Source: an uncultured bacterium (lineage in GTDB: Bacteria > Abyssobacteria > SURF-5). Taken from it: DNA of 18,049 nucleotides. A model generated the notes under the pieces. The model worked only from the letters and a program-made list of their open reading frames with translations. It was not told where the DNA came from and made no database searches. The position numbers and the translations under genes were made by a program. The stretch is from contig CAZEBC010000056.1 of the NCBI GenBank assembly GCA_964510165.1, positions 2,293 through 20,341 of the forward strand. The letters are read 5' to 3'. Below, in pieces: positions 17,718 to 18,049 of the stretch. Position 1 is the first letter of the stretch; each line of letters starts with the position of its first letter.

Positions 17718-17747
17718 ATTATAGTGATTACGGCGCCATTTTGACAA
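17718..17747 (-). promoter_or_regulatory. Putative sigma70 promoter for the EncFtn-CDF unit
   Basis: Minus strand: TTGTCA (17747-17742), 18 bp spacer, TATAAT (17723-17718). Confidence 0.65.
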
Positions 17748-17994
17748 GCTTGCCCTCCGCCTCGGTCACCTTTATGCCGTCCACGCGCGTCTCGACAATA
17801 CCCTTACCCCCGACGTGGTTTGCGTACACGCCGAAGAATCCTTCGGGAATCCTTTTGTCCTCGATGGGACCGCCGGGCAATTCGATGTCGTCCCAAAACA
17901 CCCAGAACCGATCGGCGATGCACTTGATGGCCATCTTGTGCCAGCCGCTATCCTTCGGGGGACCGCCGGGAATGTTCTTCCTTACGCCTCTCAT
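17728..17994 (-). CDS. Short ORF or gene fragment resembling the C-terminal half of a concanavalin-A-like / DUF1080-type beta-sandwich
   Basis: GWHKMAIKCIADRFWVFWDDIEL...IEDKRIPEGFFGVYA...TRVDGIKV. An in-frame TAA at 18048-18046 closes the frame upstream. GGAG lies 8 nt before ATG 17994 (the track starts at GTG 18033). Confidence 0.55.
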   Translation of the reverse strand: MRGVRKNIPGGPPKDSGWHKMAIKCIADRFWVFWDDIELPGGPIEDKRIPEGFFGVYANHVGGKGIVETRVDGIKVTEAEGKLVKMAP

Positions 17995-18049
17995 AAGACA
18001 ATCTCCGCAGAGCGTCCTCACCCTGTTTCTCACATAATAACATCGTTAG

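Noticed and set aside
17714..17726. Imperfect palindrome CACAAT-T-ATAGTG over the EncFtn -10 as a metal-regulator operator
   Set aside because: Short and imperfect, largely explained by the TATAAT box itself, and not a convincing Fur/PerR/ArsR box.

Overview
An 18 kb, moderately GC-rich bacterial chromosomal segment. The lipoprotein and ArnT/LAB_N genes suggest a diderm, but the taxon cannot be fixed from sequence alone. I see no RNA genes, CRISPR arrays, integrases or transposases. At the left end, a minus-strand unit of SxtJ-like, SxtK-like (DUF5989) and NodU/CmcH carbamoyltransferase genes runs off the edge. Divergently on the plus strand come guaB and guaA, a small Cys-motif protein, an apparent decayed GT2 remnant, a stand-alone LAB_N protein and an ArnT-like GT-C. 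Next are a protein with a PilC/GspF-type N-terminus, a lipoprotein and plsC, then a membrane protein with a DnaJ-type Zn finger and an MBL-fold hydrolase, then a putatively secreted HEAT-repeat protein, a sensorless histidine kinase and a 74-aa protein. On the minus strand, read from the right end, are a probable beta-sandwich fragment, an encapsulated-ferritin-like protein with no cargo-loading peptide or adjacent encapsulin, a His-rich CDF exporter with an HX3H TM2 site, and a GT2 / GT-C / YdjC deacetylase operon in Bordetella lgmABC-like order. Several near-consensus sigma70 promoters are visible. The best candidates for undescribed systems are the shell-less EncFtn + CDF pair, the HEAT + sensorless kinase + small protein operon, the PilC-N fusion with its lipoprotein, and the two lipid-linked sugar modification modules. 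All family assignments come from motif recognition by eye; no database searches were run.
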